From positions 5,578,849-5,642,848 of the forward strand of contig CM082583.2 in assembly GCA_040954595.2 (NCBI GenBank): a stretch of DNA of 64,000 nt. The letters run 5' to 3'. The notes below the pieces were generated by a model that saw only the letters and a list, made by a program, of their open reading frames with translations, was not told the DNA's origin and did not search any database. Position numbers and translations under genes: made by a program. How positions within the stretch are numbered: position 1 is the stretch's first letter; the number at the start of each line of letters is the position of its first letter. This DNA is from Balanoglossus misakiensis. Its lineage: Eukaryota; Animalia; Hemichordata. Of this stretch, positions 40,501-55,100 are shown in pieces.

Positions 40501-43500
40501 GCGCGGATGATTATGTATCAAGACACGTCGACAAAGTAACTCCTCGTGTTCACCCAGTACTGCGCAGTTTGGAGCTCTAAATGATTTGCTTAGAATCATT
40601 GGTGAGAAGAAAAGTGGAGAAGGAATTCTTGACCCCATGCATGCTAACAGGTGACGTGCTCACGACATTACATTACATTTATAATATAGCAGTGTACAAC
40701 GTCTAAAGATTGGTCCGGTTACCGAAAAAATTATGCAATTAATATTTAGGGTGTATACATATAATTAGGCCTATCAAAGGATGTTTTTCATGGGCCGAAA
40801 TGTTCTTTAAATTGAGAAGATTTTATACCCATTGATAGATAAATATACCATGTGGCGCAGCGGTAACGATGAATAACCCAAAATTATGGACGGTCGCTAC
40901 CCTGAGTAAACGCAAGTCGCATTTCAGAGAGAAACTGGTACTGCAGAATTTATGAAACTGGATAATGCCATAGGAATTGGAAAATGTCAAGTCCGGCGGG
41001 GTTTTTACAGTTCTCTGGAGTGTCTTGAGTTTATTTTAATCGCACGGATGAGAAATGGATAGTTTGCCGTAAGGTTCTTAAGTTATTAAATGAAGGCTGT
41101 GATCCTTGCAATCGAGAGGCTTTGATATTAAATATTGAAGTGATAACTTTTCGGCATACATGTATTCTTATCCTCGACTATTAATGTTTTATATTTTTAA
41201 ATACCCAATCGGGTTATCAGTGTATCGTTAAGTCGGCCGCTGGACCTTTGTTATGAGCACTTTGAATGCCAAAAAAAGTGATGTCTAAAAACCCCCTCTT
41301 AAAATAATATTCTGAAGCTCGCACTCGGCTCACTGCTGTTGTCTGAATGTAGATTACGTTCGGCGGTTGTCGGTGATTGCTCGGGGGGAAACTTATTAAT
41401 ATGCACAAGCTCTTTAGTTGAGTCGAAGTAGAGAATTTGGATTGATTCCCACGGTGTGTCCGTTTAATCACGTGTAAAGACTGTGGCATTGCAATTTAGT
41501 TAGGCCATGAACACGGCAAAATGCGGCCAATTCGTGGTCAAGCACATGCATTGATAATAACATAAATGGAAATCAACAGGTCCGTATGCGACACGTGGAG
41601 TTGGATGGCGGCTAAACGAGACGTCGGTACAAAATAACAGTTAACGGGAAAGCGTTGCCATCCCGGACGTGCCGCGAACATCACTCTTCTGATCAAGCTC
41701 CGTGCAAATCATCGAGCTGATTGGATAATCTTTGCAACGCAGCGCTAACTTTGTTACCGTCTGCTAATAAACGAAGTGCGACACGACCGGGCTTTTCATC
41801 AGCGCCACACGGCGAGTTCAAATACTGCAGTCCGTGCCTTGAGTGGAATTTCTATGCGCGTTGAGGTGTTTCGGATTCGTAGAGGAAATGAACGAATATT
41901 ACCAATGGGAAATACAGCACCTCCGCGGCGATCCTGTCCATAAGGGAGCCTTTACTCCCCCTTTTTATCGGCGTTATGAGCATTACCTGATGAAAAGCTC
42001 AGAGTTTCCCATCAATTATTGCGTACAAAACCGACATTCATCCAAAATCCGTCCATTAGCAATGACAATCATAAAATTCAATGTTACCTTGATATAATGC
42101 AGGCAGAGCACTCGGCTCGAATGTTAAGTTTGCGGAGACTAACCAAGAAGACTTTGCTCATGAGAAGTTTGTTGAGTTGGTCGCTGGAAATTACTACATT
42201 CCCTGCATGATCTGATGTGAGGATAAAAAAATTAATAATACAAAGAGTCTTATTTTCTTGGGCAAACATGTGCCCACTATACCCTGCTGCACAGCTTATA
42301 GATCTGATTCAATATTTAAGAAATTGATGTATGATTTCTGAGGACAGAAATGTACATGTACACACATTTGACGCGCTTCGGTGTGTTGAGTGTGTTTCAA
42401 TTTGTCAAAAGATATCCCGAAATGTTTCAAATGTATGCGCAAGACTCCCACATAGCCCAGCTGTAATTTCCACAGCTCATGTATGACATGTCGGTCACGG
42501 CTGCTGCATGTAAAGTTTTATCACGTGATGCGCCCACACCTCACATTGGTTTACCGCCGCGTGTGCTTTCTCAAAACACTTTTCGGTTTCATCAGCCGCC
42601 GGTTTCCTGTTGGAACTGTAGTGGCCACAGGAAGTGCGTAAATCGTAATTCCCAGCAGCCCACGACCGCCTTCAACTTGCCGCGTTTTTTTTCGTAAATC
42701 CAAACGAAATGGGAGAAAGTCACGCGCCTGCTGCTGGCTGTTTACTCGTTGTAGCCTGTCGGTTCACGACGAGTCCAGTTTTTAACAAAGTTAATTTCCG
42801 GTGGCTGCCAGCTACTGACGACACTCGTGACGAGCACGGACGTCACGTCATCGCTCTGCTAAACTGACCGTTTTCGCCATCGAAAACTCAGGGTCTATGT
42901 AGACTCCGTACAAAAAGACTGATGTCTGCTGTATTAATTTCTTGCACAGTATCACTTGCCTGCTGACCGGACCAAGCACATTGCCGACTTTATTATATGG
43001 AGGAGGGGGGGGGGGCGGTAACCCTGCGAATTAGTTTCAATTTTACATGTACATGTACTGATACACTTCTAGAGTACTGAGTGTAAGTGTAATAGATACA
43101 CGGACACAGCATGTCGTGGGTTGAAGTTACATCAAAACACAATTTTAAGAATAATGGCCACTCGAGTCTACCTTTCAAAAGGTGACAATGCATTAAAATC
43201 GGACAAATACCCTCGTGGACAAAATCAATCACTGAGCCAACACTTTAGCTAGGCCGTGGTACGCCCATGATAAACAGTTAGCTGTACATTGTACTTCGAT
43301 TCTCACGGAATTTTGGTGCGATATTACCGTGTGAGATAGCACAAAGTTATTCCGAATGAAACGGAGGACGTGTGTGTCGAAAAGTCCTTTTATTAATATA
43401 TATTATATATTAATTCATTTTCAGCATTTTCAAACCTTCGTATATGGAGAGTTTTTGAGATCAAACGCGTTTTAATTATTCACGACCGCTGAGACAGGCA

Positions 43501-46500
43501 CATAAAAAGAATGCCGATCGCGAGGCGTAAAATCGACTGTCCTGTCGTGACTTGTGAAAAACGCGTTTGGATTGACAATACATTTGAGGGCGTTTCGTCA
43601 CATTTTAAAGGAATCAATTAGACGTACATGTAAGGTACTAGATAATATATCATGGCCGTGTTTTTATTTTCTTTTATTCCACAATCACCCTAGCTAATTT
43701 ACACATGCCAACTCGCTAATAACTGCATCTTGTGAATGTGGCATGGTCACCCAGAGAAAATCTGTGATTAAATACATGTTTCCATCGGTATCCGGCCAAA
43801 GATCAAAGATGGAGACATTTCACAGAACAGAAAATAATGGGCTGGCTAACGACCCGGCGCCACCTGCTTCCCCGGCTCGGAGAACTCCTACTTGCGTTAC
43901 CAGGGGCAACCCGAACTGATACAGCATCAGTGAACGCGCTCCGTTACGTAGATCCAGGAGCGTGATATCGTTTCAATTAAATCCGCTGCTCGACTCGGGG
44001 AATGCAGAAGCTAAAAATCCCGCCAGGCTGTACTAAATTGGGCCCCTCAACTTGGTTCTCATTAAAAGGTGAAATATTATCTGGGCTCCGCTCAACACCG
44101 ACGGACATCAGATGGTGCGATTCACCTGTAAGAATTTGTCGCAAGTGCAGGTACGTCGGGTCATTAACGTATAAATAAATCGCACCCTAAAACGCATTAA
44201 CTCATCATACTTTTCCGGGCGGAAATTAAAATTAAGTTTTCTGCGCGACACGCCAAGTTGTCCGTTTCTCGCTTGGGAGCATATTAGACTGCATTATTGA
44301 AACACCGGCGTCCGTAACTCATCACGACGTTAACAAACTGTGAATCGGGAAAGTCAACGTGTTTGGAGAAATCTCACCTGACAGGGTAATTTGTATTTGG
44401 TCGAGGAAATCATACCGTGGAAATTTAGGTCAGTTGTCAGTGATAGAAGCTGTAGCTCACTGCATTGCCTCGCAAATTAACCTCCACTCCCTTATACTCG
44501 TAAGACATGGATAACGTTGGATACTCAAGGCTCGCGCTTAATTTTAAACGTACGTGCGATAAAACTTTTCGAGGGATCTATAGAAAAACTGCAAGTTATG
44601 TTTCGATGATCTTTCAAAATTAGCTCCGCGAGCTTTGAAGCACTACCGGCTAGTCTCCCAGAAATTTACTGCGCGCCGAAGTGACCAAAAGTGTCAACGT
44701 AACCCCCACGATCGACGGCAAGGTCAGGTTTCAGCGTCCTTGTACATTTCAGTAAACGAAGAAAGTATAACGTCGGTGTACCCTAATTTCCTATCACTTA
44801 TTTAGGAATTCTTGTCAAACAGAAAAGTTGCGATGGAAATTGATAAAAATGAACGCCAGGAAATTAGTGCAGACGTCGGTCGGCGTTCCAATCATGCGAA
44901 TGACAATCTGTGATTGGTCAATTTCAAAGGGCCAGGAGCCTGCATTTTTATTCTTTAAACATATCGATGTATTACAGTGCATATGCATTGTATTACAGTA
45001 CGCAATTGCACCGTCTCACCTTAACATCGTCGCTTACGATACATGTATGTCGATCATTTTTCCGAGCTTTATCACGTCAAAATGAATATGAATACACTTA
45101 TGTCTTGGACTGACTGTTATGCAGCACTTGGACAAACCTATTATGCAAATTAGTTTAATTATGCAAGTTTCCGTTGTCAAAATTAATCACTTCGACCCAC
45201 TCATCATATTGCAGTGGCGTTTCTTTTGTTTTTACACGTCTATTCTATACTCTGTAGTGTAATTCTGGGAGTGAGCTACCCACCCACCACTGAGGCAGGA
45301 TTTTGCTTGGTTTGATGGCGCCCTCTATAATCCAAATTCTGCATTTTCGTCGTCGCGCAATGATTGGCTGAATGCCGTTGCGGTAAATTGAGTTCCAGAA
45401 GACAATGCCTCTCTGAAAGATCAAATAAAAATTGACCCCACGCACACACATTTACAGTTATCCTGGTGTGCCAATAATGACAATTCCGTTAAGTGTCGCC
45501 AAGGCCATCTTTGCCTATTGGATTAACGAATATACATGTGTAGTTACCGCACTGTTTGGGCGCAATTCATTTATACAGCAAAGCCTATAATTTGCCCTTG
45601 ATTGAATTTGATATAGACGATCAGGAGCGCCACTGTTCGCGGCGCGGCGATGACGCTAGGCAGACGACTGCATGTCTGCCGGAGATTTGTGTGTTGCTTC
45701 TGCTTTATAAAGACCGATGATCTAGTCATTTTAGTTGTTGCTGGCACAGCTTTACTCCAGTTGAAATAAGCGAAGCAGTATTACTCCGAATGAAGGCAAA
45801 TGGCCGGTATGCGAAGCGGCAATGTACTGATATTAGTCTGTTATATTATATCTCTTTAAATATACATGGATAGTTTATAAATAGTAATTCTCGATAAAAA
45901 AATTGCAGATTTAACGAGTTCATCCAACACAAACGATTTCCAAAACATTGAACGTCATTTTCGAACATGCAGCAGGCTCGGGTAAGATCGCCCTCTATCG
46001 GAAATACCTGTCGAGCACATCGTCAATATGCAAACTAACCACCCGGATGTCAGCCCCTGAAAAAAAGAGACAAGACTCCCAGACAATTAAAAGCATGCCA
46101 AATTTCTCGAGTTCCACTTGTACTTCAACAACCCCAAGGCCATAGTAACTGGAAAATGTCATTAACTTTAACCGGTGGCCTGAAGACACTGAACGGTCTT
46201 TTTTTTTAATACGATCAATTTAGAACAAGAATATATAGTATTCCAATAATTGTGTTTGATACCGGTGACCCTCCTTTGAAAACATAACCTGCGTGACAGC
46301 CACTTGACGACTTGATGTCTAGAACAGCCTACTAAAATTGTCATTTGTTTGCCGGTTGTATCGATAAAAACGGCGGGAAACGTTTCCTTGGCGTTTTTTA
46401 TTTGCATACGGAGAGTGTTACTGTGACTTGCCCAGCGGGGATAAACTTCAAGGAACTATAGACAAAGTTATACGAATCTGTTTTTTATTGATTGTCGATA

Positions 46501-46831
46501 ATTATAAAATCTCGAAATGTGATGCAAGTCAGGGAGAGAAGAGAAGGCTATTCTGTATGCCTGCCTTTCTTTGTGTACCTAGTGATAAGACATTGTTTGA
46601 GCTGCTGGGGCGAATTGTCCTTGAGATGACATTGGAGAGACACATGAGTGGAGGAGAGAAGGACGTTCAGATGATTGTGTGTAATTTCCCGGTCGTAATG
46701 CTATCAGGATTTCATCATGCAGGCGTACTTCCCCATAGGTATATTTTATGAACTAATTTCAACCAATAAATGTTCAAACGTTTTAGTATAAAATCTCGCA
46801 ACTCATACTGATCAGTAATTACTAGGAGTAG

Positions 46832-46892
46832 AAACAAACAAACAAACAAACAAACAATACATACATACATACATACATACATACATACATAC
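46832..46892. repeat. Compound (AAAC)n/(CATA)n microsatellite
   Basis: Directly visible in the sequence. Confidence 0.95.
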
Positions 46893-49800
46893 ACAAATAA
46901 CACACAATGAACACAAAACCATGCTAATCGGAGCCACATCATTCATAGCAACAGAATACTTTACCATTACAGCAAATAAAAAATGAATAACGAGCATCCC
47001 AACCAGACATATTTCTCAAGACATCAGTAAAATTAAATTTGATAACTGAAGTACTACTTGCAGCGGGCCACAGTAAATCTCTGCATATGATAACCGTCGG
47101 CAAAATAGCGGTAGCCTTTTTTCTACTGGATTACTACCCGTTAATATCATACTCCACTTATTTATTTATTCCACTGCTTCTCTTAAGTCGCCATTTTGAA
47201 TCTGGCAATGGGGGATACAGACTATAAACTGATAGTAAGGCGTAGTTTTACTGTTTCGGCTTTTTTTAAAAACGGAAGTAATGCTGGATAATCCCGGCTG
47301 CTTCATGCAAACATCGACTGTCAGACATTTCATCTTGTGAGTTAAATTTCAATGAATTTATATTACACGGCTTTTATCTCGGAACCCTTTGGCATTTAGC
47401 GGAATTAAGTGGCGATGTCCCGGAATCATATGATTCGCGCGCTCCCAAAAGAAAATGACTTGTCAGTTTTTTTAAGACTCCATCGGCGAATGTGACGAGT
47501 CGAACTGGATGGGATTTCAAAGGACTGATTTATTTATTTATTTTGCACCATTCGGAGAATTTGAGACGAGTCTTCGTAAATATCCGGATCCATTAGGTTT
47601 GTTGGCAGTCAGGAAAATGAGTTAGATTGCTTTCCTTGGATTGCATCTTCAGTCGGTTCTTTACAGGGAAGTTTGTTATATTTAACAGAGTCAGTGCAAT
47701 TTAGTTTCATATTGGTTTGATACTTTTTTCGGCGATGTGTACACGGAGAGGTCCATTCGAAGCCCTTTTCGTGATCGTCCCCATCGGTGGTTTAATACAA
47801 ACATTAAATTTAAACATATCCGCACCGACACTGGTAGTTCAAATCACGTGCTTTCTACTTTGTACAAAATATGCCTTTTACGTAACATTCCCGACAATCA
47901 AGATATTGCCGCCACCAACGTTCAAATTCAGTAACCGTGACGTAATAGGCTATTCCGGATCCGGTGAGACGATGAATGCGCTATGGGATAGGGGGAAATG
48001 GTCTCTGTCATATCATGGACATGGTCATATCAAGTGATGAAAGCGCCAAGCTTCGTGCCCCCCCATCGATTCAAAATGCAGTGTACAGAGCTGGATAGGT
48101 AGGCCCTATATCGAACAATTTTGCTGAAATACAACTGTAGGCCTACACAGATCGCTTCGCACTTGTCTTGCATGCCGCGCACCTCGAAATTTGATCAGGT
48201 GTTCTGAACGCACACACGTTGTCGCTCTGACGTCACCTGTCAACGTAAAGGTGATGTGATTTGGCGGAGCAGAAATAACTTTGAACTTATACGGCATTGA
48301 GAGCATGACAACAAGAAGTGCTTCATGTGGGTTCACCTTGTACTTGTTGGAAAACTTGGCCTCATGTGTCACAGCCGTGAAGTGCATGCGTTGAAGTGCG
48401 CTGTGTCGAGGTTTTTGCCGATGAGTGTGAACGTAATCGTCAAGAGGAGAAAAGAAATTCGACAGCAAAATGACCTAGTTCAATCCCCGAAGGAAATCTT
48501 GTCAAATATCCACAGAGCACTAAAAATCGCACAGGTCCGATTTCCTGAATACCAGAAAGCGGACATTGAAATACCGTCGACAATTCAACATGTTCAAGCC
48601 GGTATCGAATTACATATTTAGACGAATGCTATGATTTTTTATTTCTGCAATGAGTCACTTGTGCTCAGCTGGGCGCCGCAGCGACAATACTTTCCTCACA
48701 TTTCTGTGAAAAAAAGCCCCGAAGTGTTGTAATTAAACGTTTTGCACGTATGCAAGGACGGTTAACATTCGCACTTCTGGCCTGGCACATGTATTACTTT
48801 CACGTTACCGGATACCGACGAATAATTGCGCAAACTCTCAAGCCTACCACGTGATAAGGACTTCATTTGCACGTCGATGCCCAACAATTCGGTGCCAAGA
48901 GACACAGCTGCAGCATATCCTCATTCAGAAACACAACGTGTTTAAGGGTTACATAACAAGTGCCATAAGTATTAAACAATAGACTCCATCAGCTTTTTTA
49001 TTTGGGGAGGTGTTGTCCCGAATATAAGGGCACGATTCTTGTCAGATCTCCTCTAGCAATATGGCTCTTCCATCCAGTGGAACCAACATCACACCACATT
49101 AACCTCTACTGACACAAATCTTTGGAAACTAACGGTTTAAAAGTGCGTTGACTCTATGTACCATCTGATGCTTCAAACGTGTACAACGTGTCGACGTAAT
49201 CCTCAAAAGAGTAAATTTAATGCCTTTTACGAGAGAAAACGAGAAGAAAACGACACATAGAAATAAATTATGCCGTTATCGGTTGCTACATAGATTGGCG
49301 AATAAGTCATCGCTGTATATTGCGCGGATTCATCACATCACATTCTATCATTAATTTCGCGATGATAACAAAACGCATTTTTATCACACCGACGCGACGC
49401 AAAAAACACACAAACTAAAGTAGTATATAGAAGCTGAATGATGTATATTAACAGCGGTAAAACCTTAAACTATGCCAATCAATTTTCAAGCAATTTAGGC
49501 CTATGTATGTTTTTCTCTTATATCACAAGTGGTTCTTAGATCTTTCCCCCCCCCCCCCCCCCCGCAGGACATATTGCAGCAACGGCGACAGACTACTAGT
49601 GTCTCCTCTTGTCAAACTCGCGAGACAGGAAATACATGTATAGGCATAACTCACGGTGACTTGTTTGATTTATGATCGCCTTCGAAGATCGTTCATCGGT
49701 ACATTTGAGCGCCCGCAGGACCGACAGAGAAGATGGTCGGTGATTACTTTGGAAGTGCAGTACCCCGTGTGAATTGACGTCAGGTATATTAAATTGCGCA

Positions 49801-52008
49801 ACCTGAGTATTCACAGATGATGCAGCCCCGGCCTGATGCATTGTGGCAACGGTGGCAACAGATACCACCCAGAGATACCGGTCGAGCTCTGTGCGAAATT
49901 ATCGCGAATTTGGTGTTAAAAATAGAGAATCGCACCTTTTGGCGCTTTATTCGCAGGTCGAGGGGGACATCGGAGAGACAATCAGGGCTTCCCTTGTCAT
50001 TTTTGGTGAATGACCGGTATCTCATGTGTACGGTCTCCCTTCACGTTCGGAGGTTTGTTTGTCATGCATATTGATTAGAATGTGTCACCATCCCGGTCAA
50101 GCCTTATTAATAACACAAACGCAACATACAGCAATATGGTTTGCCCCCCCCCCCGCTTCACCCTCGTCGAAGGCTGTGCTACGTTTGCCATTGCCATGAC
50201 TGTTTCCATGCAGGCCTGATCCATATCACCTGCATCAATCACGTGTTTCCACTAGCTAACATCCTGTTTCAACAGCATAAAAGTACACAGTTTTTCATTG
50301 ACTGTCGCGTGGGAAAATAAACTTCGAATTGATATATTTTTCTAGAATACGGACAGTGTATTATTGAAGTGGAAATTGCAAAATGAATATTCGTGGGCGT
50401 GGGTCACACAATATATCACGAGTTCAATCGCCCTACTGCTTTTCTGTCTGTTAATTCTCGCTACCTTAAGCATAATTTTACTGCCTGGGTGAGCGATAAA
50501 ATTTTCAATGGTCATATTCACATTTTCAATAGGAAAGTGAAAACTGAAAAAATTGTTTGATGATAATATTGTACGCGACTTGCATTATTTCCAAAGGGAG
50601 TGATACCCTTCAGGATAATCATGATGAAAAAAGTGAATTTACATGTTCGGGAACTGGTGACATTCTGAAAGTTGCGTATTGAAAACAACTTAGGCTATAT
50701 GCAAATAAGCTTCAGGGGTACGTATTTTAAAAGGTCAGTGGTTTTTTGTTAGCCCAGCTTTCCCGTAAGACGTTTATGAGCAAGTAAACAACTGTAAGAT
50801 GAAGTAAAGAGGCGGTCGGACAGGAAGGTGGTATGCAAATCACGTATGTTCGCCGGAGAACTTGAGTTCATAGAATCGCTATCTCAGGAACCGCTACTCA
50901 CGACATCATGGCTGTCGAAGCGGTATACGTTTGAAGGTTATATTCATTCTGAGGCAAGACCTCGATGTGTCCTCAAACCTATAGCAGAGTCAGTGTTTAG
51001 TTATAGATGATGAACATTTTAATATTATGCGATAAATTAAGTAGGTACGAAAGAAGTATAGTTTATACGAGGAATTGTGCCAAGGGAAACGGGATTTTAA
51101 TTTTCTTAATGTACTCTAAGTTTTACACCTGGTAATAAATTCAATGTGTCTTATATGCATCACGGCCAAACGCCCGAATCTATAGTTAATATTTTGTGTA
51201 ACGGGGATTATATTTTTCATTAGTAGCCACCACCAGAAGCAGTCGTTTCGTGCTTTTGTGATTTGAATCGCTAAGAAATGCGGAAATTGAATTGTTTTCA
51301 ATTAAATGTTTGATCGAGCCTTTGCCTAAAACTAAACATGGTAGAACAAACGTATAGGTTTAAGGCGGATTTTGATCCAAAAATAAACGTCGCTGTACGG
51401 CGCACGTTTCCCGCCATCTAGTTGCTAGACTCGACCATACGCTACTACAGATATACTGCACACCAATTACTTCATCGTACCATTAGTCCATTAATAAAAT
51501 GTTATGTTTGTTTTGTTAAAGAGGATATGATTTTTATCAATGCTATTTGCCCCAAATCGCAATTTCTCGATTATTCCGTTATTCAGCCTACGAGACAACC
51601 AGGCTACAATTGTAATTATGTCTCACCGCGGTTAGAGGTCTTCAAAGTAAACGAATGAAAAAAAAAGCCTATACCCATACACACTGGACGCCGGGAGGCA
51701 GTCCATTGAGCTTGTTCCGAACAACGTAAAATCGCGACGATGACGACATTTCGTGGCGCGTCAAATTAGCCACGTTCATGTGTGACGCTGTAATGGAGCC
51801 TCGCGGGTCATTAGCCGCGGTTTATTCTAATTGTGACGGATATCTGAAATGACAGGCCACCGTACGGCTTTAATAAATGTACTTGGAATTACACCCGGCG
51901 TTAGTGATGTGTCAGGGAATTAACTGCGCCAATAAAGACGCTGTCATACCCGGTGGTGCTGAACTCGCAGACGGCACCCGCCGTTGTCGGTGACCGTATA
52001 AGCCTTAA

Positions 52009-52198
52009 AGGTATACCGTACGGTAACCTATGGAAATTTAGCTACAGTTACCATGGTAAACTTGAGATTTAGCCAATCACGGATTTTCAGTGGCTGGCAC
52101 ACGCGAAAAAAAAGAGCGCCATGATATGTTCTTTAGAACCCTCAAATACGCCATTTCAGCCATATATGGGCGTGTGTAAATTGGAGGTGACTATACCT
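52009..52198. mobile_element. TTAA-flanked short non-autonomous DNA element (Kolobok-like)
   Basis: TTAA|AGGTATAC ... CTATACCT|TTAA termini. Confidence 0.65.
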
Positions 52199-55100
52199 TT
52201 AAGGTTCACGTGGGACCGTGTTGATTTTTGGCTTCTGGCTGAAAACGCTGAAGAACAGAGACGGTCGCTCGATCGGAGCGACAGAATCTGTAACTGCCAG
52301 GTTACCGCGGGTATATCAAAGGGGGATATAAGTACTTCCCGGTGTTACGATTTTACGCCGATTTTACGGTCTTTCTCCGACGGCCATTACAGCAGACAAA
52401 TTAGAAGTAGAAAACAGCCTTCTTAATTGGCTCTGGTCACGTGAGAAGCGATAAGACGCCATTTGAGAGTAGTAAATCGAAAAGACATTAGCGATGGCCA
52501 CATCCCACGGCGATTGTAATAAATTTGCGGTTTAGTAAATGAATTAAGCAAAAGGATTAAGATTTTACAATCAGGAAAGTTTTACTTTTGAAATATACCG
52601 CCTGTCGAAACCAACCAAGCCTGGGGGGAACATGAAAGTGCAAAATTGAGGCACTGTCTGTTTACTAATAAGGATACGTCTTTTAGAAAACAAGTAATGT
52701 TTACATTATTGGTGGCACCAAGACAATAGATGGGAGCATCGGTTTTCCTGTCGAGAAAAAAGTGTGGAGATACACAACTAACTGACATCATACACTTTTT
52801 GTTTATTTGATTTTCACTGTGTGATGTGCAGTAATATGCTTGAATACGTGTCTCCGTTGTTGCATTTAAGAGTACGACCAAAGCAAAAAAAAAGCTTACA
52901 ATTTTTGATAATTGGCAGGATTCTATTCATTTTGCTCTGGAATGCCAAAGTTACAGCGTCGGTCTTAAATATTCATGCATGGTTGGACGATTTTTCAAGT
53001 CATCCAATTATCGGCACGGACCATTTGCGCCCACACGGTTTCATCATCTGTCTCATGGACGCCTGTGTGTCTGTGACGTCAGAATTCATTTCTTTCCAAC
53101 CCTCCCATCGGTCTGTGCTGTGGACGAACTCTGACGTTCCCAAATATTATTTGTTGATGAGCTGCTTTCCTTCGCCGAACGCTATATTTAAGGGATAGGG
53201 GGATGAAACACTTGGAAACGCTAACGTTCGAGAACTTGACAGACCATGCGACCGTGACCACGATCGTCGAATGTATGTTAAGCAGTGCCTGATTGCCACA
53301 AAATGTTCGATAACCGTCCTCGAAAACACCGGAGAAAAAAAGTACGGGGAAAAAATAAAATGTCCGATGGCATATCCGTGAAAGAATCATTTTTCAACTA
53401 TGGTTATTAAATCGGTTGAACACTTAAACAACAGGTGTATACCAACTAACAATATTCTATTCTTCTCGAATGGAAGCTGATTACCAAAGACCCCTAACCG
53501 AAAAAGTGTCACCCGCCTGAAAAAATCACCATTTGCCTTCGAAACTAAACATAGACGCAAATCTGCTTAGAAGATAGGATATATTCAAATCCATGTTTTG
53601 TCTGCTATTCCTCAAATATTGTCTCCCACCGCACAAACAGGAGATCAAGGGTGCCAGCAATTTGCAGAGAAGACACGCTCTGACATGTTGTGGCCAGACA
53701 AGCATGTATAACTCGACATGATTCCCTTCAAAGTAAATTGCATGCATGCATAACATTTGAAATAAAATGGCCCCAAAGTATTAGTCTTGGGTTAATAACA
53801 ACCAAATGCATCTTCCGCTATTAATGCTGTCATGGCTTGGGAACTGTTCCCAGACGAGTTCTTTGCTTGTCCTTTGCGAGTTCATGCTATGATCTGACTC
53901 TACAAAAATAGATTTATTGATTTAATAGTGTGTGTCTGTACTTGTGCGTGCGCGTGTGTGTGCGTGTGTGTGTCACGCATGGGACATACGTGCAGAGAGT
54001 CAGACATAGCGAGATTATGTATAGGGGAAAATGTATTATGCTGCACTGTATCGCCACCGATAAAACACGATTCTTTGGATAGTTTTTATAGCAGACCAGA
54101 ACTCTGAAATGACTGTAATAGATGGAATCCCAGTGCCAAAATATCCAATAAGTGCCGCTTGCCATTAGATAGGGTATATGATTCGCCTTCAGAAGTTATT
54201 TTTGCAGGGTTATCTCATCGGGTATATTTCAAGAAGAAGTGATTACGTCTTCTGTTAACTCTGACACTATGAAGAAATCACCCGAAATCGAATATTCCAG
54301 GCAGAGATATGATCACCATGCTTAAAAATAGAAACTTCGATCCGCTATCTTCATTGTCAACTCAGTGAAATGGCTGGTATGCCAAGTAATAGGAATTGTA
54401 ATCGCAGATGGTATAGCAACAGTGAAATTACAATTCTTCTATACTTGGAAAAGGCTATAAATCGGCGCGCGAAATGTAGACAGGCGACATTGTATGATCG
54501 TTAACAGGTGCACGGTTGTCATAAATATGACAGGATTTTGAGTCTGCCGTCCGTGGGGATTTGGAGGTTGGGTAATAAAGCTGGAGATGTTAACGTGAAT
54601 TTTTTCTTGGAATCTGGTGTCGCCAATCGTCAGGTGAAAAAATTATTTTTCCCCGCTTGTCGAGAGAATCTAGTGTGACGGGTGTTTGCAAATTACGCCA
54701 ACTTTCACTGTTCGAGCGGAGAACGGATCGTGCCTGTCGTGGGTACGGATACCAATTGGAATGCAAGTCAGTGCTTAAAAATTGCCATTCAAGCATTCCT
54801 AAAATATAAAGCTTCAAAGTCTGTGTCGTGTGTTGCACACCAGTCTTCTCTTGACATATGTATACCAGCCGGGTTTGTTGCTTGTGCTCGACGGTACACA
54901 CATCCATCACTTTGTCTAGTTTTCGGGCTCATCAGCGTTAACTGAGGGAAAGTATAGGGCGTTTGCAATTGTGTTCTCAGCTGCGTTTCTCTCTAACATA
55001 ATCTGATAGGCAGGCAAACTTTCCAACACGACTGGATCTAAATTGGCTGTGTAGGACACGTATTGGACATTTCCAAAATCAAGAAACCGTCTGATGTGAT

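Noticed and set aside
40850-40870. tRNA A-box-like gtggcgcagcggtaac
   Set aside because: No B-box or cloverleaf follows; at most a decayed SINE head.
48325-48621. 98-aa ORF and similar 60-125-aa ORFs across 37-63 kb
   Set aside because: No recognisable domains, consistent splice structure or paralogy; in the size range expected by chance.
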